A DNA stretch of 64,000 nt from an uncultured Pirellulales bacterium (GCA_964431695.1 CAYSKI010000020.1:1877-65876); one strand, 5' to 3'; counted from the first letter of the stretch, positions 43,747-52,716 are shown. Translations and numbers: made by a program. The notes: generated from the sequence alone by a model not told the origin.

Positions 43747-45228
43747 CTACAATTCCCATCCGGTACGGTAAGGCGGATCGATCAAATCATTAGCCTGCCT
43801 GTTGTTCGTTATACGCATTTTCTCGGCATCCCACTGGAGTACCCTTCTTGTGCGCAGTGCCACCGAGCCAAGTAAAGCCAGCTCGGTCATCTCACAGCCG
43901 AAAGTAACCGGACAAACCGTCTCTTTGCCCTCCTTACAGGCTTGTGTCCATTCGCCGTAGTGGTCGTCAACACGGCGTAATGTTTTCGGCGGCGGCTGGA
44001 AGTCCCGGAACTTTTCCTGCGGCAATAATATCCCCCCTTCGAGTGCACCGGGCCCGTCTCTATCGCTTCTTCTCCGATTACCCAAAGGATTTCCACCATA
44101 ATAACCTGCGATCAGCTTGCCCTTTTCACCGACAAAAAGCAATCCGCTGTTCCTAAATTCCATGCCGGGATCGAACTCGGGCGGACGATGAGGTTTCATG
44201 CCTCCGTCATACCAGAACAATTTCAAAGGCGGCAAATTACCTCTTGCCGGATACTCCCAGGTCACCATGTTCGCATTGGACTGGCATTCCGTCGTTGGCT
44301 GATTTTGGAAGAACCCGACATTCCGGGTAGAAGCATAACCGTAAATGGTCCGGGGCGCACTCAGTTGTAGCTCTTTAAAGAATATATGCAAAGTATGGCA
44401 GGCCATATCCCCCACAGTACCCGAACCGAAATCCCACCATGGCCGCCAGTTCTCGGGATGATAGGCCGAATTAAACGGCCTGTACGGCGCCGGGCCTATC
44501 CACAAATCCCAATCCATTCCCTGCGGCGGTCTCTGTTCGTCGGTCGGCCTGGTCAAAGAACACGGATAAGTCGGATGGTCGCACCAGATATGTAACTCTC
44601 GCACCGGGCCGATGGCCCCGCAGGTAAGCAGCTCCGTTGTGCTTCGAGCTTCTTCCGTGGCGGCGGACTGAACACTCGAGAGAGTAACGAGTTTGGGATT
44701 TTTGAGCAGTGCTTTTTTGAAACGTCTGGCTTCGCCGATGGTGTGCGTAATCGGCTTTGCGCAGTAAATATGCTTGCCGAGATGAATGCCGGTGTTGAGA
44801 AGATGCGCGTGGCTATGGTCCGGAACAGCGATAATAAGCGCATCGAAGTTTTTCGCCTCTTTATCGAACATCTTACGGTAATCATGATAGCGCCCGGCAT
44901 CCGGATATTGTTGGAACACTCCCCTTTTGTTCACTAAATCGTGGTCGAGATCGCACAAGGCAACGATTCTTTCTTTCGCGCAACCGGCAAGATAGTTGCG
45001 GCCCATGCCGGTAACACCCACACAAGCGATAGTTAGAGTATCGCTTGGCGCCTGATATCCGGGACCTCCCATGACGAAACGAGGAACAATAAATGGTGCG
45101 GCAAGCCCGGCAGCTAAAACACTACGCCGTGATATCCCATTACCGGTGCTCTTGCCAACATTGTCGGATTGCTTTGGATGATCGTTTTGCAACAGCATTA
45201 GAATTACTTCCCTTGAGTGCATGAGCAT
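43747..45228 (-). CDS. Gfo/Idh/MocA-family oxidoreductase with Tat signal
   Basis: SRRSVLAAGLAAPFIV twin-arginine-like signal. IACVGVTGMGRNY Rossmann motif and YCAKPITH. The start is ambiguous (45228/45222/45198). Confidence 0.8.
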   Translation of the reverse strand: MLMHSREVILMLLQNDHPKQSDNVGKSTGNGISRRSVLAAGLAAPFIVPRFVMGGPGYQAPSDTLTIACVGVTGMGRNYLAGCAKERIVALCDLDHDLVNKRGVFQQYPDAGRYHDYRKMFDKEAKNFDALIIAVPDHSHAHLLNTGIHLGKHIYCAKPITHTIGEARRFKKALLKNPKLVTLSSVQSAATEEARSTTELLTCGAIGPVRELHIWCDHPTYPCSLTRPTDEQRPPQGMDWDLWIGPAPYRPFNSAYHPENWRPWWDFGSGTVGDMACHTLHIFFKELQLSAPRTIYGYASTRNVGFFQNQPTTECQSNANMVTWEYPARGNLPPLKLFWYDGGMKPHRPPEFDPGMEFRNSGLLFVGEKGKLIAGYYGGNPLGNRRRSDRDGPGALEGGILLPQEKFRDFQPPPKTLRRVDDHYGEWTQACKEGKETVCPVTFGCEMTELALLGSVALRTRRVLQWDAEKMRITNNRQANDLIDPPYRTGWEL

Positions 45229-45411
45229 TCTTTAATTCAGCCCACGCCGAGAATTAATCATCACATTTCGTTATATTCCTGTGTTTATGCTTTCCCACAG
45301 GAACCAGGTTATTATAACCATTTTTACATGATTTGAAAGATTATTGTCCGCAGTGAATTGCAACAACGCGGGTATTACGGCAATAGCCGGATTTTATTAA
45401 CCTGTAATCAA

Positions 45412-45957
45412 TTATAAAGGTTGTCGTTCGGCTAAAATGTCTTTATAGTCGGCACAAAATCCCTTGCGTCCACATCGGCTGCAGTAATTTCCCCTCCATA
45501 TATTGTCGAATTGATCCATAATCTTAGCGACAATTTCACTGTCGTCGGTAATAATCCCTGATTCGAAATTTCGTTTATTCTCACTTTTCGCCCCCATCCC
45601 GGCACCGGTAAGATTGGCACTGCCACTATAAGCAAAATCACCGTCAACTACTACGGCCTTAAGATGGACTCTCGGGCAAAGGATACGCTCTACGCCGTTT
45701 ATCAAATTCGGGTATTTGTCAAAATCCTCCCGAAAAGCCTTTCCAGGCTCCTTTGCATGTAACAGCCTTATTTCGACATGCCTGCCGGACAAATCGGACA
45801 GAATCTCAAGAAACGGCACCATCCTGCCATGCTTTTCCACGTAAAGGTCTTTCAAATCCGATGTTGCGATCCACACAAACCTCTGGGCTTTCATAAGCGG
45901 CCCACATATTACCTTTTCATATATGTCCCTGTCTGTAATGAACTCAAGCATCTCCAT
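45412..45957 (-). CDS. single-HKD phospholipase D-family (Nuc-like) protein
   Basis: HLKAVVVDGDFAYSGSANLT is one HxK(x)4D(x)6GSxN motif. C-terminal CSRCGRKGFC cluster. 181 aa. Confidence 0.75.
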   Translation of the reverse strand: MEMLEFITDRDIYEKVICGPLMKAQRFVWIATSDLKDLYVEKHGRMVPFLEILSDLSGRHVEIRLLHAKEPGKAFREDFDKYPNLINGVERILCPRVHLKAVVVDGDFAYSGSANLTGAGMGAKSENKRNFESGIITDDSEIVAKIMDQFDNIWRGNYCSRCGRKGFCADYKDILAERQPL

Positions 45958-46060
45958 TCCACTATATTGCCCTTAAAATTCATACCTCAAAAATTAAACG
46001 GGCAAAAAATAATATTTCTCTGAACCAGTGTTTGACCGTCCGGACCATTGTACAGGTCTA

Positions 46061-46140
46061 TTAAAGTGCCTAAAGTTGAAAGTGAGCTAAAGTCGACAGT
46101 TATTAACTTTAGTGGCTTTAGCTCACTTTAGACACTTTAG
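46061..46140. repeat. dyad-symmetric array of CTAAAG / CTTTAG motifs
   Basis: (T/C)TAAAGT at 46062, 46071, (GAAAGT 46078) and 46088. CTTTAG at 46107, 46116, 46126 and 46135, with 9-10 bp spacing. aaagtgagctaaag (46079-46092) pairs with ctttagctcacttt (46116-46129). Confidence 0.7.
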
Positions 46141-46154
46141 TTCATTTTCAACTG

Positions 46155-47276
46155 CTATTCAACCGTACTGGCCGAGCTCTGCGGAGAACCGACCAGATAT
46201 ATTCTGTTTTTTCCGCTCCTTTTCGCCTCAAGCAACGCCTTATCGGCCTGCTCAAAAAGTTCCTGTATCGAAGAGCCGTCACGGGGAAAACTTGCAAGGC
46301 CGCCGCTGATAGTCAGGACGCCCTTGCCCTCGGGGCCCAGGCTGCCGCCGCTGCTATTGCCCAGGGACGCCGGAGCTTTTTCCAATTCCTTGACAAACCG
46401 TCTCGCTATTAATATCGCTTCCTCAGGATGATCTGTTGTTGCCGAACGTCTCTCGCGATTTGTATCTCTCATTTCGTATCCGGTCTTCAGTGGATCACTT
46501 GTTTCCTGAATATAAGGATCGTCCCAGAAAATCACGGCAAATTCGTCACCGCCTATTCTGCCGACAACATCGTGACTCCGACAGCAGCGTCTCATTAAAA
46601 CACCGACTTGCCTTAAGATTTCATCTCCTGCATAATGGCCGTAGAGGTCGTTGTAATTTTTAAAATCATCTATATCGAAAATCAACAACGTCACCCGTTC
46701 ATTTTCAACACGGGCATGCTCTATAATCTGCCTGGAAAATTCCCAGATATATCTTCTGTTCTTCAAACCCGTCAAATCGTCTTCCGTGGCCAGTTTTTCC
46801 AGGTGCTTAATCCTCGTCTCCATCGTGGGATCAATAATGGTAGATTTTTCAGGTTCGGCCGCCCCACCGCCGCTCGGATTCAAAAGAAACTCGACGAATT
46901 CATCCGCCCGGACCGGACATATCATATAATCATCCACCAAAGGCATTCCGTTATAACCCGAGGATACCATGCGGATCGCAATCGGTTCTTCGTACATTTG
47001 TGCCAGTAGGACAATCCTTGAATCGCAGGTGTTTCTTATGGCTTTGATACCTGAGTTTAATTTGAGAATGTTTCCGGACATTACCACCGCAATTGCGGCA
47101 CAATCTTCAAGTACTGCGGCACCAATCGCGTCACCCAGTGAGGGCATCGTGACCAGCTCGCAGTTTACAGATAAATTCCGATCCACAAATGATGAACAAT
47201 AAAAGGCTTTGCTGATATCGCCTATCAGTAAAACTTTCTTGTCCGAACTCAGAGATTCTTCTTTTTTGACTGCCAC
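46155..47276 (-). CDS. diguanylate cyclase (GGDEF) with degenerate receiver-like N-terminal domain
   Basis: RSHDVVGRIGGDEF has an intact GGDEF plus an RxxD I-site 5 residues upstream. The N-terminal ~120 aa are CheY-like in layout, but I see no obvious phospho-acceptor Asp. GTG start after GGAGGTGG. Confidence 0.85.
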   Translation of the reverse strand: MAVKKEESLSSDKKVLLIGDISKAFYCSSFVDRNLSVNCELVTMPSLGDAIGAAVLEDCAAIAVVMSGNILKLNSGIKAIRNTCDSRIVLLAQMYEEPIAIRMVSSGYNGMPLVDDYMICPVRADEFVEFLLNPSGGGAAEPEKSTIIDPTMETRIKHLEKLATEDDLTGLKNRRYIWEFSRQIIEHARVENERVTLLIFDIDDFKNYNDLYGHYAGDEILRQVGVLMRRCCRSHDVVGRIGGDEFAVIFWDDPYIQETSDPLKTGYEMRDTNRERRSATTDHPEEAILIARRFVKELEKAPASLGNSSGGSLGPEGKGVLTISGGLASFPRDGSSIQELFEQADKALLEAKRSGKNRIYLVGSPQSSASTVE

Positions 47277-47345
47277 CTTTTACCACCTCCGGGTGAGTCC
47301 ATAGCCCATCGATAAAAATTTAATCAATGAACTACAGACATTATA

Positions 47346-49247
47346 TCAATTTGCGGGTAAACCGTCCAGATTCTTTTGGACCTGCTCGACATAAAAGCTA
47401 TTGGGATACAAGCTCAGGAAGCTTGCCAGAATTGCTCTTGCCTCACCGAGACACTTCTTCTTTAGCTGCTGATCCGATTCATCCTGCCGCCGCCAGAGAC
47501 TAATTTTCAAAAGACCAAGCTCGTACAACGCCTGAATTCCACCATCGGTGTCCCGATATTCCCTGTGCAGGTCGTCTAATTTCTCCGCTCTAAGAACTTC
47601 ATTATTAATTAGTTTAGCCTGGGCCAACAGAATATTATCTCGTAGCGGGCTGCTGTCCTTTGTCTGTTGAAGCAGCCTGTCTAATTGCTGTGAATAACTC
47701 AGAGAATGAGGATTAAGCATAGCAAATCGAGCAAGAAGCTCTTTAGATTCGGGCTCACCTGCCCGATTTTCCTGTCCTATCAGAGTCCGAAGATGATCCA
47801 GTCTTCTTTGCAGCTCGTTTAACCTCGGTATCGTCATCACGGTATCAATGGGGGAACGAAATAGTCCGAATATCGATTCGTTCGGCCTCTGTTTTTCCCT
47901 GAGTAACTTAATTTGCTCGTTCACAATCGTTTGGGTTTCGATAAGAAGCGCATCAGCCTGTTCAAATATACCTCTTCCGGCCCAAAGCTTCGCAATACGC
48001 CATCTCGCTTCAAGCGATTCCGGGCTGTTCCCAAAATCCCGATACAGTCTAAACCAGGTCTCAGCCGATTTGTCCTGGGGGTAATCACTATAGAAACGCA
48101 ACACTTCCTCGTCACCAAGGTCTTTTATATCGGGACTGTATTCACTTAAAATAGCTTTGAAGTAAAGCGCGATGGGCATTCGACGGCTGTTGGGCCGGTT
48201 GGTAATAAACATATCGTACTGTTCATCCAGCCATTGTTTTTTCGCCTGATACTTCAATTCCGCCGGTACGATAAACCAGGTAGGCCAACGGTCGTAACTT
48301 AGCTGAATCTGAATTTCCCTTTTCAATTCCGCTCGCAGTGCGGCTTGTTCGGTAGGGTAGAAAAAACTTTGCAGATATTTCTGAATTGCAGGATCCCGGG
48401 TCGTTTTGTCCAGTGCTTCCGTAATGCTGCGGTCGTGAAATTCGCTGACGTGTTCGGGATTATTTTTAGCAATATAAAGCTGATAGTCCAGCTCATCGAA
48501 ACCAATAGCAACCTCGAATACTATCACAGCTATTAAAAGTGTAAGAGTGGTGAAAATCCAGACCAATCCCGGCTTATACCGTGTAAAATGACCGATACCA
48601 AGAACAAATCCTGCAATTATTAAACTTTCCAGCCAGGCACAAATCCAGGGGGCGAAAGAAAAACCCCATTCAATCGGCTCCACTCCCCTGGCACCGCCAA
48701 AATACCCCCAGTACGCCAACTGCGGAGCAGCACACAAAGCGACCGCGATAAAGCGTGAACGAAAACGAAGCGGCCGACATGCCACCGCAAAACAGCTTAT
48801 TAACAAACAGAGTGCAAAGCCCGGCAGATTGGCAAAGAAAACTACTTCCAATATGAAAGGAAGACTATATTCGAAACTCATCAACTGCGAGATCAATACA
48901 GGTGTAATCGCCAGGATTCCCATTAACAGTCCCAAAACGAGAATCTGCCAGGGGTACTCAAATATGCTTACGACGGTGACAAGAGATTTATCCAGACGCC
49001 AAAATTCCGGCGTGGATACCGCTTCAATCTCGAATGACAAAAACGATCCGGTGGCTATTTTCGACCAAAACAGACAGCTTATACCAAAAGCCACGATTGC
49101 AAGAAGCCAGCATCTTTGAACGTTTTTATGGCTGTAATGCAGTGTGGGACCGAATGTTATAAAAGACTTCGTGACTACGATGGGCGCCTTTTCGGTCTCT
49201 TTATTTTCCATGAGCTTCACCTCATCGCTGCTTGTCAGCCACGACAT
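47346..49247 (-). CDS. hypothetical polytopic membrane protein with helical-repeat (TPR-like) C-terminal half
   Basis: About 8 TM segments in the first 250 aa, then about 380 aa of helical repeat-like sequence. No family recognised. Confidence 0.55.
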   Translation of the reverse strand: MSWLTSSDEVKLMENKETEKAPIVVTKSFITFGPTLHYSHKNVQRCWLLAIVAFGISCLFWSKIATGSFLSFEIEAVSTPEFWRLDKSLVTVVSIFEYPWQILVLGLLMGILAITPVLISQLMSFEYSLPFILEVVFFANLPGFALCLLISCFAVACRPLRFRSRFIAVALCAAPQLAYWGYFGGARGVEPIEWGFSFAPWICAWLESLIIAGFVLGIGHFTRYKPGLVWIFTTLTLLIAVIVFEVAIGFDELDYQLYIAKNNPEHVSEFHDRSITEALDKTTRDPAIQKYLQSFFYPTEQAALRAELKREIQIQLSYDRWPTWFIVPAELKYQAKKQWLDEQYDMFITNRPNSRRMPIALYFKAILSEYSPDIKDLGDEEVLRFYSDYPQDKSAETWFRLYRDFGNSPESLEARWRIAKLWAGRGIFEQADALLIETQTIVNEQIKLLREKQRPNESIFGLFRSPIDTVMTIPRLNELQRRLDHLRTLIGQENRAGEPESKELLARFAMLNPHSLSYSQQLDRLLQQTKDSSPLRDNILLAQAKLINNEVLRAEKLDDLHREYRDTDGGIQALYELGLLKISLWRRQDESDQQLKKKCLGEARAILASFLSLYPNSFYVEQVQKNLDGLPAN

Positions 49248-49286
49248 TCAATCCAAACCACCAACATCAAGAAACGCAGTGCGAAC

Positions 49287-50546
49287 TTATGTACCTTCAC
49301 CGCTCGAGGCAAGATAGGCAATTTGTTCGGCAGTGAGTTTATCAATCTTTAACGACATGGATTTAAGTTTTAGCCTGCTGACCTGATGTTCGATCTCCAT
49401 CGGAACATCATAAACGTCAACGGACAGCTTACCCTGATTTTTAATTACGTGTTCGGCCTGTAGCGCCTGTGTAGCAAAACTCATATCCATCACACTGGCG
49501 GGATGCCCCTCGGCGGCGGCAAGATTAATCAGCCGTCCCTCCCCGAGAAGATAAATGCGCTTATTATTTTTCATGATATATTCATCAACACAGTGACGCA
49601 CATTCCGGACAACTTTTTTGCTTAGTTTCTTAAGGGCCGGGATGTCCAGCTCGACATTGAAATGGCCGCTGTTAGCAACAACCGCTCTGTCTTTCATAGC
49701 CCGGAAGTGCTCGGCGCGTATAACATTTTTGTTACCGGTCAGCGTGACAAACAACCCGCCCACCTTTGCCGCTTCGGCCATGGGCATGACCGAAAAGCCA
49801 TCCATCGATGCTTCAAGGGCCTTTACTGCGTCAACTTCGGTGACAATAACGATAGCCCCCATTCCTCTGGCCCGCATGGCGAAGCCTCGCCCGCACCATC
49901 CGTAACCGGCGACAACAACTTTCTTGCCCGCCATGAGAAAATCCGTCGCCCGGATTATTCCGTCAACAGTCGATTGGCCAGTACCGTAACGATTATCGAA
50001 TAAGTGTTTGGTCGCTGCGTCGTTTACCGCAATGACCGGAAAGTTCAGCTTGCCTTTGTTGGCCATTGCCCGCAAACGAATGACACCGGTCGTGGTTTCT
50101 TCCATACTTGCAATAATCCGACCGGCATCCTTTTTCCTGCGAGTATGCAGCTCGTTAACAAGGTCGGCCCCGTCATCGAATGTAATTACCGGCTTGTGAT
50201 CGATGGCCGCATTGATATGTTTGTAGTACGTGCTTCGATTCTCCCCGCAAACGGCAAAAACCGATATCTTAAAATCCTTGACTAAAGAAGCCGCAACATC
50301 ATCCTGAGTGCTCAGCGGATTGGACGCGCAAAGAACAAGGTTCGCCCCGCCCGCTTTCAGCGCCCGGGCCAGGTTTGCCGTCTCAGCGGTAATATGCAGG
50401 CAGGCCGAGACGTTTTTACCCTTCAAAGGCTTTGATTTTGCAAATCTTTCACGAATCGCCGCTAAAACCGGCATATCGTTGTCCGCCCAGAGTATGCGTT
50501 TTTTACCTGTGCCGGACAAAGACAAATCAGCTACATCATATTTCAT
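49287..50546 (-). CDS. ahcY: adenosylhomocysteinase
   Basis: [21 protein letters not shown].., [17 protein letters not shown] motif, [12 protein letters not shown] at 50546; the longer ORF to 50648 is unlikely. Confidence 0.93.
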   Translation of the reverse strand: MKYDVADLSLSGTGKKRILWADNDMPVLAAIRERFAKSKPLKGKNVSACLHITAETANLARALKAGGANLVLCASNPLSTQDDVAASLVKDFKISVFAVCGENRSTYYKHINAAIDHKPVITFDDGADLVNELHTRRKKDAGRIIASMEETTTGVIRLRAMANKGKLNFPVIAVNDAATKHLFDNRYGTGQSTVDGIIRATDFLMAGKKVVVAGYGWCGRGFAMRARGMGAIVIVTEVDAVKALEASMDGFSVMPMAEAAKVGGLFVTLTGNKNVIRAEHFRAMKDRAVVANSGHFNVELDIPALKKLSKKVVRNVRHCVDEYIMKNNKRIYLLGEGRLINLAAAEGHPASVMDMSFATQALQAEHVIKNQGKLSVDVYDVPMEIEHQVSRLKLKSMSLKIDKLTAEQIAYLASSGEGT

Positions 50547-50582
50547 ATTTTGAACCCTTTCATAGAATAGGCAAGAATCACA

Positions 50583-50611
50583 AATATATGATGTTTCAGT
50601 ACATTTTGCAA
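50583..50611 (-). promoter_or_regulatory. candidate ahcY promoter
   Basis: On the minus strand: TTGCAA (50606-50611), 17-nt spacer, TATATT (50583-50588). Confidence 0.5.
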
Positions 50612-50678
50612 CCTTTATTTGCCCAAATCTATCCCTCATATTTACCACGAAAAATTATGTAAATTTAGGAAAAATAGC

Positions 50679-50707
50679 TTGACAGAACCATAAAAACGTA
50701 CTACAAT
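50679..50707 (+). promoter_or_regulatory. near-consensus sigma70 promoter heading a ~560-nt leader
   Basis: TTGACA (50679-50684), exactly 17 nt, TACAAT (50702-50707). This is the same architecture as the tRNA-His promoter. Confidence 0.6.
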
Positions 50708-51273
50708 CAAAATAGAGACAGGTAGGTTTGACTTAATATCATAATTTAATCTGTCATCATATATTTTTGTAATATCATATCTTAAACCCGCCTGCCTGAC
50801 AGAAGGCTCATTTATATTTTGGATTGGCTTTTTTGTCGATGGCAATTTTGCGCGTTGAACCAGCGCCGAAAAGACAGACAGGCATAAAAGAATTATAACA
50901 ATCTCCGTCGTCATTATATTTTAGTTGTTTCATTTCTCTGACCTGCCTGCCGACAATCGGCATAAGTCTCATGGTACCAGGATTACTCCGAACGATAAAC
51001 GAGCGGATTGCGCAAAACTTATCGGCGAATTTACCAGATTTGGATGTACCGACCGTTTTTGAGCGAAAAAAAAGAACTCTGGAGATTCGCGAAAAAACGG
51101 CGTTAAGTTTTATCCGTAATTTCTTTGGCAGTCCCGTAAGGGACGCCAAAGGCGGGATGGCTTAACCGCGATCCCGATAATTAGCTGTACTTATTTATCA
51201 ACAGATAGAATATCGAAATGTGCTCAGAAACGCTCGGCCATGCGAATCTCCGAAAATTGAAAGGAGAATTAAA

Positions 51274-52551
51274 ATGAAACGCAAAGGTTTTACACTGGTT
51301 GAGCTTCTGGTCGTTATCGCGATCATAGCTCTGTTAATGGGCATTTTAATGCCCGCACTGTCGAAGGTTCGGCAGATTGCCCACAGGTTAGTCTGTGGAA
51401 CCAATCTGTCCGGCATCGGTAAGGCAATGATGGTCTATGCCAACGAGTACGAAGACGAATTCCCGCGAGCGGGCGGCAGAACCACCGAATGGGCCGACAA
51501 GATCAATAACTGGCAGGCACTCAACCGATATGAAGCTTTCGGTATTGCCGCTGATGGTACGGGTGGTCACGCATCCGTTACATCCAGCCTTTATCTTTTG
51601 GTCAAGTATACCGAGGTCACACCACAATCATTCGTTTGCAAAAGTGATTCAGGAGTATCTGAGTTTAATCCGGTTGATTATGGAGTATTGGACAGGGACA
51701 TAACCCAGCTTTGGGATTTCGGTCCCTATAACAGTCAAGAAGATAATCCCGGCTCCCATTGCAGCTACTCCTATCACATGCCCTACAGCCTCTATGCCCT
51801 GACCACATCGAGTGACCCGTCTCTGGCAGTTGCAGCCGACAGGAATCCCTGGATTAAATCCCCGTCGGGGGCCCAAAAGATATTTCCTGATGCATATATC
51901 GCCGGCGGCGGCTCTGAGGCCGTAAAAGCAGGCAATTCTCCCTCGCATCAGGGCGATTCACAAAACGTGCTGTTCGTGGACATCCATGTTGACCAGGAAA
52001 AAACTCCTGCCTGTGGTGTGCAGGAAGACAACATCTACACCTATTGGGGTACAAGCCAGGATCCACGGCTGGGATGCGCACCGGCATCAAACACCAAGCC
52101 CTCGGGCAGACTGGATTCATACCTCGTAAACGACGGTCTCGGACCGAAAAACAGGAGTTGTTTTACCGGTGACACTCCCGTGTGGATAAACGGGACAATG
52201 GTTGAAATTTCCAAGGTCGTCACAGGTCAAATAATCAACGCGCTCGCATCTGCCCCGGTTGAAAAACTCGAAGAGCACGATGGTTTATTCGAATGTCGGG
52301 ATATCGTGCTCGAAAACGCCAATTGCGTCAGTGTTGTCGATGCACACAGATTCATGCTCGAAAATGGAAATTGGGCCGCCGCCCAAAACTTAAGAAGCGG
52401 TTTCAGACTGAAAACCCTGAACGGCACAATCGGAATCAAGAGCGTTACAGTCAGAGCGATGCCCTATATGGGTAAAGTTTATAATTTGAAGGTTCAAAAT
52501 TCAGAGCAATACGCAGTCGGTCAAGATGGGCTTATCGTACGTGATTGGTAA
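51274..52551 (+). CDS. prepilin-type (DUF1559/H-X9-DG-like) pseudopilin with C-terminal Hint (intein-like) domain
   Basis: MKRKG|FTLVELLVVIAIIALLMGILMPAL; HQGDSQNVLFVDIHV box. From nt 52159: CFTGDTPVWINGTMVEISKV..VDAHRFML..KVYNLKVQNSEQYAVGQDGLIVRDW*. ATG at 51274 after AAAGGAG. Confidence 0.85.
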   Translation: MKRKGFTLVELLVVIAIIALLMGILMPALSKVRQIAHRLVCGTNLSGIGKAMMVYANEYEDEFPRAGGRTTEWADKINNWQALNRYEAFGIAADGTGGHASVTSSLYLLVKYTEVTPQSFVCKSDSGVSEFNPVDYGVLDRDITQLWDFGPYNSQEDNPGSHCSYSYHMPYSLYALTTSSDPSLAVAADRNPWIKSPSGAQKIFPDAYIAGGGSEAVKAGNSPSHQGDSQNVLFVDIHVDQEKTPACGVQEDNIYTYWGTSQDPRLGCAPASNTKPSGRLDSYLVNDGLGPKNRSCFTGDTPVWINGTMVEISKVVTGQIINALASAPVEKLEEHDGLFECRDIVLENANCVSVVDAHRFMLENGNWAAAQNLRSGFRLKTLNGTIGIKSVTVRAMPYMGKVYNLKVQNSEQYAVGQDGLIVRDW

Positions 52552-52641
52552 TCCGTCCCTAATGACCAAGTTCTCAAACATAAGCCCCTCTGGGTCCGTC
52601 TAATCGGATTGCGTTAAAACAGTCCATGTGCTGATTGCTTT

Positions 52642-52682
52642 CGGGCGGCTTTGTGTGGCGGAGCGCAAGGCCGCCCGTTTTT
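52642..52682 (+). terminator. rho-independent terminator of the pseudopilin-Hint gene
   Basis: cgggcggc (52642-52649) pairs with gccgcccg (52670-52677), followed by TTTTT. Confidence 0.7.
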
Positions 52683-52716
52683 AAAAATATGTCTGATAAC
52701 TACAGGAGTACATCTA

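Noticed and set aside
50547-50700. SAH riboswitch upstream of ahcY.
   Set aside because: The leader is AT-rich and only about 30 nt long if the TTGCAA-17-TATATT promoter is used. No GC-rich pseudoknot-type aptamer is visible.
51124-51176. Possible c-di-GMP-I (GEMM-I) riboswitch upstream of the pilin gene. The sequence GGCA-stem-GNRA-stem-GCCAAAGGC is superficially like GGCAAAC..GAAA..GGGACGCAAAGCC.
   Set aside because: The flanking tttggc/gccaaa segments pair with each other to make one simple hairpin. The 3' half of the GEMM-I consensus (..CCGG..GGUAGCGGGGUUACC) is absent, and no three-way junction can be drawn. It is kept only as structured leader.
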